A DNA stretch of 64,000 nucleotides, from IMG/VR virus record IMGVR_UViG_3300033146_003479, positions 32,001 to 96,000 of that record; one strand, written 5' to 3'. A program made the position numbers and the translations under genes. This document shows, piece by piece, positions 47,234 through 57,683 of the stretch. Under the pieces are notes generated by a model, which saw only the letters and a program-made list of their open reading frames with translations, did no database searches and was not told where the DNA came from. Position 1 is the first letter of the stretch. Each line of letters opens with the position of its first letter. This DNA is from a virus.

Positions 47234-48946
47234 ATGAAACTGAAAGGATATAGAATTATGCATTTATTGAATACTGCGAGATATGATCGAAATGGTAAAT
47301 TTTTACACGATTTTGATTCAAACTTTAAGGTGATGATGAAGACAGTTAGATTTTTACCAGAATGTCATCATTATATTGTGGTCCCAGATAGGAATAGGTT
47401 TACAGGCACAGAGGATTCAATTAGAAAAGAATTTCATTTGAATAGTTCCAACATAACATTCTTATATTATAACTATACTCACGGTAGTGCATCGAACAAA
47501 GCAAGTTTTAGTGAGGAAGGTATGGATCACATGCTTAAAGACTTTGAAGTTGATTATGAAATTTCGCTTAATAATAAGCATTTAGATCGCAAGATAAGTA
47601 AACTATTAGATGTTCATAAAAATGCACTGGACGAGAAGGATTTTAATGATTTAGATGAACTTCGAAACTCTACTAAACATTTTGACGGAGTTAAATTCAA
47701 AAGTATGATTAAGTTACACTCTATGGATTTTGATTTTGTATTTAATCATTTGCCTGAAAATCATTATAATGTTCTTTCGGTATTTGGCTCTAAGAAGTAT
47801 GGTTTTTTAATTAATAGTTTTATATTTTATCATTGGGTAGATACTCCAGGTAGTAGATTGAATTATCAAATTTATCCTACATATATGAGACAATTAGAGG
47901 CTATTAATTTGTGTGATAAGGTATTTTTTCACACCACAGCAAGTTCAGAATATTTGAAATATAATTTCGATAAAGATCCTAATTGTACAGTTTCATTAAA
48001 TTTCGAAAATGTTCGCAAGAAAGAGAGTTATATGCCATTAGCCAGCGATGAGTTTCCAGAATCTGAAGCGTTTGATTTGCCAGTGTTTAAAAATAATAAT
48101 GGTGAAGAAAAGGATATAATATTATTTAATCATAGATGGAATACTACTACGGGCGTAGATCGAATGGAGCGATATATGGTTGGGTTAGAAGGTAGTTGTG
48201 AGATATGGTCAACTGATGTTAAAGTTAGTCCGTCAAAATATGTGAAGTCTGATAGATTGAGTTTAGGGCAATATAGATATTTAATTGAAAACACATTATG
48301 CTCAATTTGCTTTGTTGATAGTTATGCTACTTGGAATTTGAGTCTTCAAGATGGATTGAGATTGAAAAAACCAGTATTAATTTATAAACATCCTACATTT
48401 GTTGCAATGCTTGGAGAACAATATCCATTTTTCTTTGAAACCAAAGAAGAGTTTCAATTGTTAATTGAGAAAGTTAAAAGTCTGCGAGATAGACCATTTG
48501 AGTATCCTGTGCGAGATTTTGAGAGTGAATTTAAAACAAATATTCACAAAAGTATGATTGAATGTATTGAGACTCCGAAATATAAACAGGAAAGTAAAAA
48601 TCTTAAAATGTGGCTATTTATCATATATCAGTTATGTAAGGAGAATGGGTATGCAACGAAAGATACTGTGTTGTTTTATGGTACGAAGTTTTTAAGTAAA
48701 GATTCAGGTACAGTTAAAGATATGCATTCTGAAAGTGCATCTTGGCAATTTGTTAGACGACAATTAATGGAATTTGGTATTACAGATGACCACACATCTA
48801 AGCATACTAGATATACAATATCGAAAGATTTATTGCCAAGGGTGGAAACTGAAATTAAAGATATTAATTTCACAATGGATTTTAATGCATTAGTGAAAGC
48901 CAAGAAGGTTTCGAATAGTGTTAGTGTGATGAATCTCTTAAAATAG
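47234..48946 (+). CDS. GT-B fold glycosyltransferase (candidate DNA-modifying) with C-terminal extension
   Basis: FVFNHLPE, FYHWVD, ILFNHRW and WNLSLQDGL..KPVL motifs typical of phage GT-B enzymes. Confidence 0.7.
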   Translation: MKLKGYRIMHLLNTARYDRNGKFLHDFDSNFKVMMKTVRFLPECHHYIVVPDRNRFTGTEDSIRKEFHLNSSNITFLYYNYTHGSASNKASFSEEGMDHMLKDFEVDYEISLNNKHLDRKISKLLDVHKNALDEKDFNDLDELRNSTKHFDGVKFKSMIKLHSMDFDFVFNHLPENHYNVLSVFGSKKYGFLINSFIFYHWVDTPGSRLNYQIYPTYMRQLEAINLCDKVFFHTTASSEYLKYNFDKDPNCTVSLNFENVRKKESYMPLASDEFPESEAFDLPVFKNNNGEEKDIILFNHRWNTTTGVDRMERYMVGLEGSCEIWSTDVKVSPSKYVKSDRLSLGQYRYLIENTLCSICFVDSYATWNLSLQDGLRLKKPVLIYKHPTFVAMLGEQYPFFFETKEEFQLLIEKVKSLRDRPFEYPVRDFESEFKTNIHKSMIECIETPKYKQESKNLKMWLFIIYQLCKENGYATKDTVLFYGTKFLSKDSGTVKDMHSESASWQFVRRQLMEFGITDDHTSKHTRYTISKDLLPRVETEIKDINFTMDFNALVKAKKVSNSVSVMNLLK

Positions 48947-48998
48947 ATATTATTCTCCTAAAAATATAAATAATATTGAATATTTTTAGGAGATTTTT

Positions 48999-49262
48999 AT
49001 GAATATAATAAAAAGTAGATTGTCAGAGATTATTCGAGAAGAATTGGATATTGCCATTGAAAAAATTATCATAAGTCGAGTTCAAGAGAAATTAGGACGA
49101 CTTCGATCTGAGCCCGATACCTCAAAAAAATTGCAGGTAACAGAGAAAGTAATTAAGAACACCTCTGTTGAAATTTCAAAGTACATTAAGTTGAAAGGAT
49201 TAAATGAGTCGTTTGTGAACTCATTGAGTGACCGAATACTAAAAGATAGAATTGGAGAATAA
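48999..49262 (+). CDS. Small late protein (candidate internal head protein)
   Basis: TATAAATA at 48965-48972; AGGAG RBS; RLSEIIREEL and LNES motifs. Confidence 0.5.
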   Translation: MNIIKSRLSEIIREELDIAIEKIIISRVQEKLGRLRSEPDTSKKLQVTEKVIKNTSVEISKYIKLKGLNESFVNSLSDRILKDRIGE

Positions 49263-49686
49263 TATGGCTAGTAAACTCACATCATATCTAATTAAATATA
49301 AAACAAAGAAAATTAAACCGGGTGAGAGAATTATAAAGGCTAAGAATGCTGCCGATGCAATATCAAGATTGAAGCATGATGTTGAGGGATTAGTTAAAAT
49401 TGAAGAGCCTAAGTTAGCATCACAACGAGATTTAGATTTACGACAAACCAAGAGCGATAAGGAAACTTTAACTCAAAATAGACCTAAAATCAAGAGAACC
49501 TTGGGAAAACCTGATACCGCAAAACGAAGTAAAGAAGAGCGAAAACCAGAAATTGCTAGTCCATTATCCGCATCAAATAGAGGATCTCAAATGAATGCAT
49601 CCAAGCAGTATGATTTAGACTCTATAGATTTAATGATTATGAGAGAGAGTTTGAAATCAATTTTTAAGGAAATCATTTCTGAATGA
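49252..49686 (+). CDS. Basic late protein (candidate internal head protein; start probably ATG 49264)
   Basis: Lys/Arg-rich; C-terminal IMRESLKSIFKEIISE motif; GGAG RBS upstream of MASKL. Confidence 0.5.
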   Translation: MENNMASKLTSYLIKYKTKKIKPGERIIKAKNAADAISRLKHDVEGLVKIEEPKLASQRDLDLRQTKSDKETLTQNRPKIKRTLGKPDTAKRSKEERKPEIASPLSASNRGSQMNASKQYDLDSIDLMIMRESLKSIFKEIISE

Positions 49687-49745
49687 TTTTTTAGTTCAAC
49701 TAAATAGTATTGTCAATTGAAAATTAAATTTTACGGAGATTAGTT

Positions 49746-50216
49746 ATGAAAAGAAAAGATTTGGTATCATTGTATCACGCATTAAACACTTTAACAGACT
49801 CTTACAGTACAAAATTTGCATATGCTGTGAGTAGAAACAAAAAGTCACTTGAGGAGGAAGTTAAAATATTAGAAGAGCACCAGCCAAAATTAAATGAAGA
49901 ATTTGTCAATAAGAAAAATGAAGTAATTCAAAAATTTGCAGAAAAAGATTCTGATGGTAAAATAATTTGGGAAGATATTAATATTGGACTCCCAAAATAT
50001 AAAAAGGTCAATAAGAAAAAGGCTGAAACTGAGGTTGAAAAATTATCTATTGAGTATAGTGAAGATATTTCGACTTTTGATGCGAAAAGTAAGGAGTTCG
50101 TTGCATTTTTAGATGAAGATTATGAAATTGAACTATATAAGGTAGATATCGATAGTTTCCCTGAAACTATCGATCAAAAAGTGATGGATATTATTGGTGA
50201 GGCAATGATTAAGTAA
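49746..50216 (+). CDS. DUF1617-like phage protein (often beside tail fibre genes)
   Basis: L.TL....STKFAYAVSRNKKSLEEE motif; ACTAAATA at 49699-49706. Confidence 0.6.
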   Translation: MKRKDLVSLYHALNTLTDSYSTKFAYAVSRNKKSLEEEVKILEEHQPKLNEEFVNKKNEVIQKFAEKDSDGKIIWEDINIGLPKYKKVNKKKAETEVEKLSIEYSEDISTFDAKSKEFVAFLDEDYEIELYKVDIDSFPETIDQKVMDIIGEAMIK

Positions 50217-53022
50217 GTTTACTTTTTAATTCGTCAATCTCTTTCTTTAAGTTCTGCATTTCACTTATCATCGGAGCAATCAACTGAATATAATCTATAG
50301 CATCGGGTATCATTTCAAATTCAGACCTATTTTGAGAGTATTTCTTTTTAGTTTCTTTAAGTAGACGAGTTTTCTCTTTACTCGAAGGTAAATTCTGAAT
50401 TTCATGAATTGCCTTTGGGATATATGTTACTGCTGTCGTATTTATTTTGTCTAATTCTTCTGCAATTAAACCGAATTCCAAATTATTCTCGCTAGTACCT
50501 ATTCTATTATATACAACTGGAGTTAGTTCGTATATCCAATCACTTTTTTCTATTGTTTTAATGTTAGTTTTATATCTTTTAGATGATGTATGTCTATATA
50601 ATAGATTTTCTTCATTCACATAAACTGGTCCGAAGCCTATTATAGGATAGTCGTCTGGAGTATTTGGCTGACAATCGCTACCATCTGCGACATTGTATAT
50701 ATTTCCAATAAAGCATCTATGAGAAGATGGAGTAGTAGATGTGGTACCAATAACTATGCAATCATTAACAGCCCCTCCAGTAGAATAAATATCTGCATTT
50801 TGTCCGATGATGATGTTGTCATCTCCACTAGTTACTACTTGTCCCGCTAGGTGTCCAATAATTGTATTATCATATCCCGAAGATATATGATCTCCCGCAT
50901 TTCTGCCAATACATATGTTACCGTGACCAGTAGTATACCTTTGTCCAGAGTATGCTCCAAAACTAATATTATTATCGCCTGTGTTGGACCCATTTACACC
51001 TATTCCTGCACTATATCCCATCGCAACATTATAATCTCCAGTAGTATATCTATTAGCATAATTCCCGATTGCAACATTATAATCTCCAGTCGTTGTCAAT
51101 GATAGTGATGAATATCCAATTGCAACATTGCTACCTCCAGACGTTATCAATGCTAGTGATGAACGACCAAGAGCAGTATTGTTATTTCCAGATGTTATAT
51201 TCAGTCCACTTTGATAGCCAATAAATGAATTACCACTTCCAGTTGAATTTCCATCACTTCCTCGTCCCGCATTATAACCATTTGTAACGTTATATGATGA
51301 TGTAATATAACGTCCTGCATTATATCCTATTGCAACATTGTAATTTTGCGTAGAGACACTTGCTTGAGCGTATGATCCAATTGCAACATTGCTACCTCCA
51401 GTCGTTATTGATGATAGTGATACTCTGCCAAGAGCAGTATTGTTGCTCCCAGATGTTATATTCAGTCCACTTTGATAGCCAACAAATGAATTGCTACTTC
51501 CAGTTGAATCTCCATCACTTCCTCGTCCACTTTCATATCCTATAGTAACGTTAGATGCAGATATAATATAACGTCCTGCACTATATCCTATAGCAACATT
51601 GTTACTATGCGTAGAGTTGCTCGATTGAGCATAATAGCCTATTGCAACATTGCTACCTCCAGTTGTTATTGATAATAGTGATAATCGACCAAGAGCAGTA
51701 TTGTTGCTCCCAGATGTTATATTCAGTCCACTTTGATAGCCAATAAATGAATTACCACTTCCAGTTGAATCTCCATCACTTCCTCGTCCCGCATTATATC
51801 CTATAGTAACGTTAGATGATGATGTAATATACTGTCCTGCATTATATCCTATCGCAACATTGTAGTACTGTGTAGAGACACTTGCTTGAGCGTATGATCC
51901 AATTGCAACATTGTTACCTCCAGTCGTTATTGATGATAGTGATGAATATCCAAGAGCAGCATTGTTGCTTCCAGATGTTATAGTTAGTCCACTTTGATAG
52001 CCAACAAATGAATTTCTAGTTCCAGATGTTATATTCAGTCCACTTTGATAGCCAACAAATGAATTGCTACTTCCAGTTGAATCTCCATCACTTCCTCGTC
52101 CACTTTGATATCCTATTGTAACATTAGATGATGATGTAATGTAACGTCCTGCATTATATCCTATCGCAACATTGTTACTATGCGTAGAGACACTCGATTG
52201 AGCATAATAGCCTATTGCAACATTGCTATCTCCAGTTGTTATTGATGATAGTGATGAATATCCAAGAGTAGAATTGTTATTTCCAGATGTTATAGTTAGT
52301 CCACTTTGATAGCCAACAAATGAATTGCTACTTCCAATTGAATTTCCATCACTTCCTCGTCCCGCATTATATCCTATAGTAACGTTAGATGATGATGTAG
52401 TATACTGTCCTGCATTATATCCTATCGCAACATTACTACTATGTATTCTGTTACTCGCTTGAGCATAATATCCAATTGCAACATTACGAGTCCCAGTTGT
52501 TATTGATGATAGTGATGAATATCCAATTGCAACATTATGAGTCCCAGTCGTTATTGATAATAGTGATGAATATCCAAGAGCAGTATTGTAATTGCTACCA
52601 CTTTCGATATTGGCTCCTGATTGGTATCCTATCAAAGTATTTCCAGATCCAAGAGTTGCTTCAAATTCCAATCGATTTCCTTCCCAAGAAATTCCTGAAT
52701 TTTCTATCACATTAGTTCCTGAAAAAATAGCAAGTTGATTATCGACCCCTGCTCCAGTAATATTATTCATTATCACATCTTCCTTAAGTGCTAATGCATC
52801 AGTTATATATCCTTGAGTGCATAACGTGTCGTTATTGTTTGTTCCAGATGCTATATTCGAAATTAGTTGACTATCCAGATTGAGAGAGTCTCGAATATGT
52901 AGTTCGTGAAAAAATGCTTTATCCCACTGATTAGTGTTGTCTCCTAACGTTAGATTTCCTGTAGATGGGAATATATTCCCATCTGATATTAATCCATGTT
53001 TAACTTTAAATTCATTTGCCAT
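50209..53022 (-). CDS. Tail fibre with TAA-like 14-residue repeats and C-terminal Peptidase_S74 intramolecular chaperone
   Basis: MANEFKVK N-terminus; dozens of N(V/T)AIG / NSFVGYQSG repeats; SSKRYKTNIK..LTPV.Y..FGLIAEE..IDY..LIAPMI..Q.L coiled coil. Confidence 0.85.
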   Translation of the reverse strand: MANEFKVKHGLISDGNIFPSTGNLTLGDNTNQWDKAFFHELHIRDSLNLDSQLISNIASGTNNNDTLCTQGYITDALALKEDVIMNNITGAGVDNQLAIFSGTNVIENSGISWEGNRLEFEATLGSGNTLIGYQSGANIESGSNYNTALGYSSLLSITTGTHNVAIGYSSLSSITTGTRNVAIGYYAQASNRIHSSNVAIGYNAGQYTTSSSNVTIGYNAGRGSDGNSIGSSNSFVGYQSGLTITSGNNNSTLGYSSLSSITTGDSNVAIGYYAQSSVSTHSNNVAIGYNAGRYITSSSNVTIGYQSGRGSDGDSTGSSNSFVGYQSGLNITSGTRNSFVGYQSGLTITSGSNNAALGYSSLSSITTGGNNVAIGSYAQASVSTQYYNVAIGYNAGQYITSSSNVTIGYNAGRGSDGDSTGSGNSFIGYQSGLNITSGSNNTALGRLSLLSITTGGSNVAIGYYAQSSNSTHSNNVAIGYSAGRYIISASNVTIGYESGRGSDGDSTGSSNSFVGYQSGLNITSGSNNTALGRVSLSSITTGGSNVAIGSYAQASVSTQNYNVAIGYNAGRYITSSYNVTNGYNAGRGSDGNSTGSGNSFIGYQSGLNITSGNNNTALGRSSLALITSGGSNVAIGYSSLSLTTTGDYNVAIGNYANRYTTGDYNVAMGYSAGIGVNGSNTGDNNISFGAYSGQRYTTGHGNICIGRNAGDHISSGYDNTIIGHLAGQVVTSGDDNIIIGQNADIYSTGGAVNDCIVIGTTSTTPSSHRCFIGNIYNVADGSDCQPNTPDDYPIIGFGPVYVNEENLLYRHTSSKRYKTNIKTIEKSDWIYELTPVVYNRIGTSENNLEFGLIAEELDKINTTAVTYIPKAIHEIQNLPSSKEKTRLLKETKKKYSQNRSEFEMIPDAIDYIQLIAPMISEMQNLKKEIDELKSKLT

Positions 53023-53184
53023 ATTTTTCTCCTGATATAGAAGACACGAAGAGATTCAACATCACACGCTTCATTGTCCACATGTTAATTTACAAAATTG
53101 TCTAATATTATTTATCATTTTTATGGATGATAATATCCCTGAAAACATAAATAAAAATAGTAATAAACACAATGAGGATATATA

Positions 53185-54270
53185 ATGAAAGTTGTTGAAT
53201 ATAATTTAAAAGAGTTTGAATTAATTGAAGAATTCGAAAATGTTGATATTGCTTTGCGAATAAATAGTGCAATTGTAGATGAACGTGAAAATATTATTTT
53301 TTATTCACACATTTGTTCTGAATATTTGGAAATTTTTGCGGGAAAAGGTAATGTGAGTATAAGTTTCAAAGAAGAGTTGATTTTATCAATGAAAATGAAT
53401 GATCAGAATATCCCAAAGAACATTCGAATATCTAATATGATATCTTCTCCTCCATCTCAAATGAATCCATTGAATAATCATAGTGAGGAATATTATGTTG
53501 ATATTCTTTATCAAAAAAAGAAATTATTTGAGGAATCTCAAGGTATGAGTCCGGATTTAGTTTCCATAATGACAGAGGAGATCAAGAAGGGAAATCCAAA
53601 AGCGTTGTTGAATAATCAATGGTGTAGATCGTTGAATGGCACATTATATAAGAAACTTCAACAAATAAAAAATGGTGAAAATTTTGATTACGATTTTTCA
53701 AATGTAGGTACGTTGCCATATAGTGCAATTGAGATTATGAATTTGAATGAGCAAAATGAAAATATTAATCATATCATAATAGTCGAAGTGTTTTATGACC
53801 CGGAAGGTAAAGATGATAATCGAGAATGGCTAATTCTTTATAATCCGACGGATGATGATATTGACATTTGTGGTTGGGAAATTCAAGTTGCTGGGTCATA
53901 TTTTAAACCATCAGTTACTATTGGTGATGCAATTATAAAATCAAAATCGCATTTTATAATTGGAGGTTCATTAATTGATTCGCATGTGGATTTAGAGTGT
54001 GGGCTTTCTATGCAAAATGGAGGAACATGTACGGATGGAGTTAGAATAGTTAATTCCAATGGAATTGTTCAAGATACTGTTCTATACAATCTAAATAATA
54101 GTAATGCTTTGGCTGATGATGCCAAAACTCCAGCGATAAGTTTTGCTCCAGACGTAAATTCTGGACAATCGTTGTTGCGACGAACTATTGAAGGTCGTTA
54201 TGTTGATAGTAATGAGTCGGCGAAAGACTTTCAAGTTAATGAAACTCCTGATATTTCAAAATATCAGTAA
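53185..54270 (+). CDS. Lamin-tail-domain (LTD) protein
   Basis: IIIVEVFYDPEGKDDNREWLILYNPTDDDIDICGWEI is a typical LTD start; CATAAATA at 53146-53153. Confidence 0.75.
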   Translation: MKVVEYNLKEFELIEEFENVDIALRINSAIVDERENIIFYSHICSEYLEIFAGKGNVSISFKEELILSMKMNDQNIPKNIRISNMISSPPSQMNPLNNHSEEYYVDILYQKKKLFEESQGMSPDLVSIMTEEIKKGNPKALLNNQWCRSLNGTLYKKLQQIKNGENFDYDFSNVGTLPYSAIEIMNLNEQNENINHIIIVEVFYDPEGKDDNREWLILYNPTDDDIDICGWEIQVAGSYFKPSVTIGDAIIKSKSHFIIGGSLIDSHVDLECGLSMQNGGTCTDGVRIVNSNGIVQDTVLYNLNNSNALADDAKTPAISFAPDVNSGQSLLRRTIEGRYVDSNESAKDFQVNETPDISKYQ

Positions 54271-54283
54271 TTGAGAGATAAAT

Positions 54284-57200
54284 ATGGCTAAATTATCGAA
54301 CACTACAATATTAGATGTTGTTGGAAAACAAGGATTAGGGGTCTCATCTACTAATAATGATAAAAATTATTTTGAGGAATCGTATGAATGGAGACCTCAG
54401 TTAACTATAGATGATATTTTTGGTGAAATCGTTCCCATTGCGAATAATCCAACTGAAGCCGATGTAAATGTTGCCAATAATCCAACTATTATCGAAAAGA
54501 TAGTTGATTATCAGATGACAGAAATTCCGGCTAGCAATGGACAAGGATACGGAGTATTTTCTATCCCTGGTGATACCAATTCTTCACGACTCAAAGACTT
54601 TTTGACTCCGCAAAAATTTGGAAACGGATATGCTTGTATAATCAAAAACAACACTTCAGTGATAGATTTATCGATGGGACAATTTACTGTCGATTATGCA
54701 AACGGTATTATTAGATTTGATGTCGCTAGTGTTCCATCAACAATGGGCTGGACTTCATTGAATATTACTATATATAGATATGTTGGAGCGAAGGTTGAAG
54801 GAGGAACAAGTTCTAGTTCAGGTTTCGAAATGACATTTGTCGATGCAGATTTAACTGCGGGCATTTTAACAGTACCTCACAACTTAAATTCCACCAATAA
54901 TGTTGTTCATATAACTATTCGAGATGATAATAATGATGTTGTTGTGCCCGATAATGTGGAATTCGTGAACTCTAATAGTTCAGTTATTGATTTTAGTTCG
55001 TATTCTCCAATATCTAATACTTGGGCATTGACGGTTGGGATTGGAGGTTCGGGAACTGGAGAAGCAAGTGAAGTGACAGTTGATCCACTTCAGGTTGCAG
55101 GAAACACAGTTGATGCATTAACGGGAAGTTATACTTGGCTCAATCAGCAGATATCGGGGTTGCCGGATCCACATAATATATCATTACACAACATTGTAAA
55201 TATATCATATATGGTACCATCTCAACTATGGATAAACACAGAATTAACATCGAATGGTTCGACAAATTATATATTAATTCCAATATCAGGTAATACCTCA
55301 GAATATATAGTGGCAGGACAACATTTGATAGTAACTGGAGGGATTGCGAATGGAAATGAATATGTTATTGATGGTCAAATTGTATTGGATGGAGCCGCTA
55401 TTCCCACATATCACTTAGTCGAAGTTCAATTAGTTTCAGGTTCAGCGATAAGTTTTCCCACATATCCCACCACGGATAGTCCAACTTCTATAGATAGACC
55501 TGGGGGAGCACAACTGATATCTGTTGAATCTCAAGTTACTTCTGTTTCTGTAACATCCATTGGAATAATAAATTCCACGAGTGTTGCTAAGTCAATATCT
55601 AACATTGATATTTATTCAACTCATTTCATTCAAAATGGATACTTAGGGATTAATAAAAATGATCCTAAATATCCATTAGATGTTGATGGAGTTATTAATG
55701 CAGATGAAGTCATTTCGAATTCATCCTTGAATAAATTTAATATTGATTCAAATAGTGTTGATCTTATTGAAAATGATTTAGTATTTTTCGGAAAGAGTCC
55801 TAATAACAACTTAATGTTATCTAGTTCATTCGTTAAATCATATGATGAGGATTCTGAAGGAGTAAACGATAATATAGTTACAGGGAATCCCGATATGACT
55901 ATTGCTCCATATGGATTAGATTGTTTTGTTACATTAGTTAGTGGAGGAACAAATTATCAGTTAGAGTCATATACTATAGATTCAAATGGAGTAACACTGG
56001 GGTCAATATATGATTTAGGAGTTTCATTTCCTAATACGACTCAGTTATTTCCAATAAAGGCTACACATCAAACTCAAAGTGTCGAATCTCTTGATCATGT
56101 TGTTGGTTTATTTAGAAGTGATGTGACAACAAACACATATCATACTGGATATTATGATGTTAGTTCTAGTGTTGGTTGGAATATTACTCCTATAATATCA
56201 TTTAGAGATACTACTCATTCTATTCCATCAACATATAGATTTAAACGAATGATTTCGATTAAAACTAATGTTGGCAATGATTATGATCGATATTACGCAG
56301 TTTTAATGCAAGATGGTGGAGATGAATATTATATTCAAATGATAAAACTAGATATTGAATCTCAAGTTGAAACTATTGGTTCAATGAGAGTTTTGCCGTC
56401 TGGAGTAAATTATTCTGATAGTGAGATTTTTGCTCATTATCGAGAAAATTCCGGAGATGTGATTTTATTTTATGAGAACTCTGTGGGAGATTTTATAATT
56501 TGTTCAGCATCATGTGATTCTAGTGATATGAATGTTGAAGAATTCACAATATATAATATCATGAATTTAGATAAAGGTAGATTGCTATATGTAGAATGCT
56601 TTGATACTTATATTGGGACTAATTCATTTAACTTTAAAGCGATAGTTCATCATACTGGCAGTTTCACTATTCACGAATCGAGTTTCAAGAGTGGTGTTAG
56701 AAATATTGAATCTTATGTTCTAAAGGATAATGATTTAGAAGTTCACGGAGTGCATACATTTGTTATGAAACAGATGGGACTCAGTAGTCGAATAGTAGCG
56801 TTTGGACATCATACTGATACTTCGGTAGTTGTTATTGACTTGCTCGATAAAACAATGAAGAGCATTAAGGGCTCCACTGTAACCTGGGATTTTATTGGAC
56901 TAGAATCTGCAAGATTGAGAATGGTCCCATTAAGCGATAGATTATCACACTTAGAATATGCAGATCGATTTAAGACATTAAAGTTTTTTAATTCTGAAGT
57001 TGGAATTTTAAAGGAAGTTAAAGATGATGTGGCGTATGTGATGATGAATGGAGTATATTATAGTGAAAGTAATAGATTTAATGTGGGAGATAATGTAGCA
57101 TTAGGATCTATAGATTTAGGTGCAACGAGCGATTTGGGATTTTCAACGAATACTTCTTGTGGTATAAATTTAGGATCCATTATTGCTCCAAACACATTAT

Positions 57201-57673
57201 ATTTTAACCCTCAATTAAATGTAACTCCCGGACACGTTATTGCTGAATCAGAGTCTCGAATCGAGTATTCTTATGTGTATGTTAATGGAGCAACAACTGC
57301 GTTTACATCGGGAGGATCTACAACGTGTAATTGGGGAACTCCGATTGAAGATGAATTAGGTGAGATGAGTAGCGATAGATTCACAGCAACATCGGCTGGA
57401 TTGTATACCTTTTCATTTAATGTGACTACTGGATATCAATCTTGGAATGTTAATGAGGGTATCGTATTAATATTAAATAAAAATGGATCTCCACTTCAGC
57501 GAATGGATCGAACTAGATTAGGTGCCGCAGTGAGTGAGAATATATACACTCAAGGTAATATAACGCTGAAACTAAATGCTAATGATTTTATTCAGTTAAG
57601 TGTGTATGGTGATAATGTTGCGAGTTCTATGGATCCAACTCGTACCTTTTTGACAGTGATTCGAATAAGATAG
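54284..57673 (+). CDS. Large tail/virion protein with C-terminal C1q-like domain
   Basis: HNLNSTNN module; GYLGINKNDPKYPLDVDG fibre motif; FTATSAGLYTFSFNV...LKLNANDFIQL..TFLTV gC1q pattern. Confidence 0.65.
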   Translation: MAKLSNTTILDVVGKQGLGVSSTNNDKNYFEESYEWRPQLTIDDIFGEIVPIANNPTEADVNVANNPTIIEKIVDYQMTEIPASNGQGYGVFSIPGDTNSSRLKDFLTPQKFGNGYACIIKNNTSVIDLSMGQFTVDYANGIIRFDVASVPSTMGWTSLNITIYRYVGAKVEGGTSSSSGFEMTFVDADLTAGILTVPHNLNSTNNVVHITIRDDNNDVVVPDNVEFVNSNSSVIDFSSYSPISNTWALTVGIGGSGTGEASEVTVDPLQVAGNTVDALTGSYTWLNQQISGLPDPHNISLHNIVNISYMVPSQLWINTELTSNGSTNYILIPISGNTSEYIVAGQHLIVTGGIANGNEYVIDGQIVLDGAAIPTYHLVEVQLVSGSAISFPTYPTTDSPTSIDRPGGAQLISVESQVTSVSVTSIGIINSTSVAKSISNIDIYSTHFIQNGYLGINKNDPKYPLDVDGVINADEVISNSSLNKFNIDSNSVDLIENDLVFFGKSPNNNLMLSSSFVKSYDEDSEGVNDNIVTGNPDMTIAPYGLDCFVTLVSGGTNYQLESYTIDSNGVTLGSIYDLGVSFPNTTQLFPIKATHQTQSVESLDHVVGLFRSDVTTNTYHTGYYDVSSSVGWNITPIISFRDTTHSIPSTYRFKRMISIKTNVGNDYDRYYAVLMQDGGDEYYIQMIKLDIESQVETIGSMRVLPSGVNYSDSEIFAHYRENSGDVILFYENSVGDFIICSASCDSSDMNVEEFTIYNIMNLDKGRLLYVECFDTYIGTNSFNFKAIVHHTGSFTIHESSFKSGVRNIESYVLKDNDLEVHGVHTFVMKQMGLSSRIVAFGHHTDTSVVVIDLLDKTMKSIKGSTVTWDFIGLESARLRMVPLSDRLSHLEYADRFKTLKFFNSEVGILKEVKDDVAYVMMNGVYYSESNRFNVGDNVALGSIDLGATSDLGFSTNTSCGINLGSIIAPNTLYFNPQLNVTPGHVIAESESRIEYSYVYVNGATTAFTSGGSTTCNWGTPIEDELGEMSSDRFTATSAGLYTFSFNVTTGYQSWNVNEGIVLILNKNGSPLQRMDRTRLGAAVSENIYTQGNITLKLNANDFIQLSVYGDNVASSMDPTRTFLTVIRIR

Positions 57674-57683
57674 GAGAAATAAC

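Noticed and set aside
50850-52600. DGR template/variable repeats in the tail fibre
   Set aside because: The repeats are tandem and in frame, differences are not adenine-restricted, and no reverse transcriptase is present.
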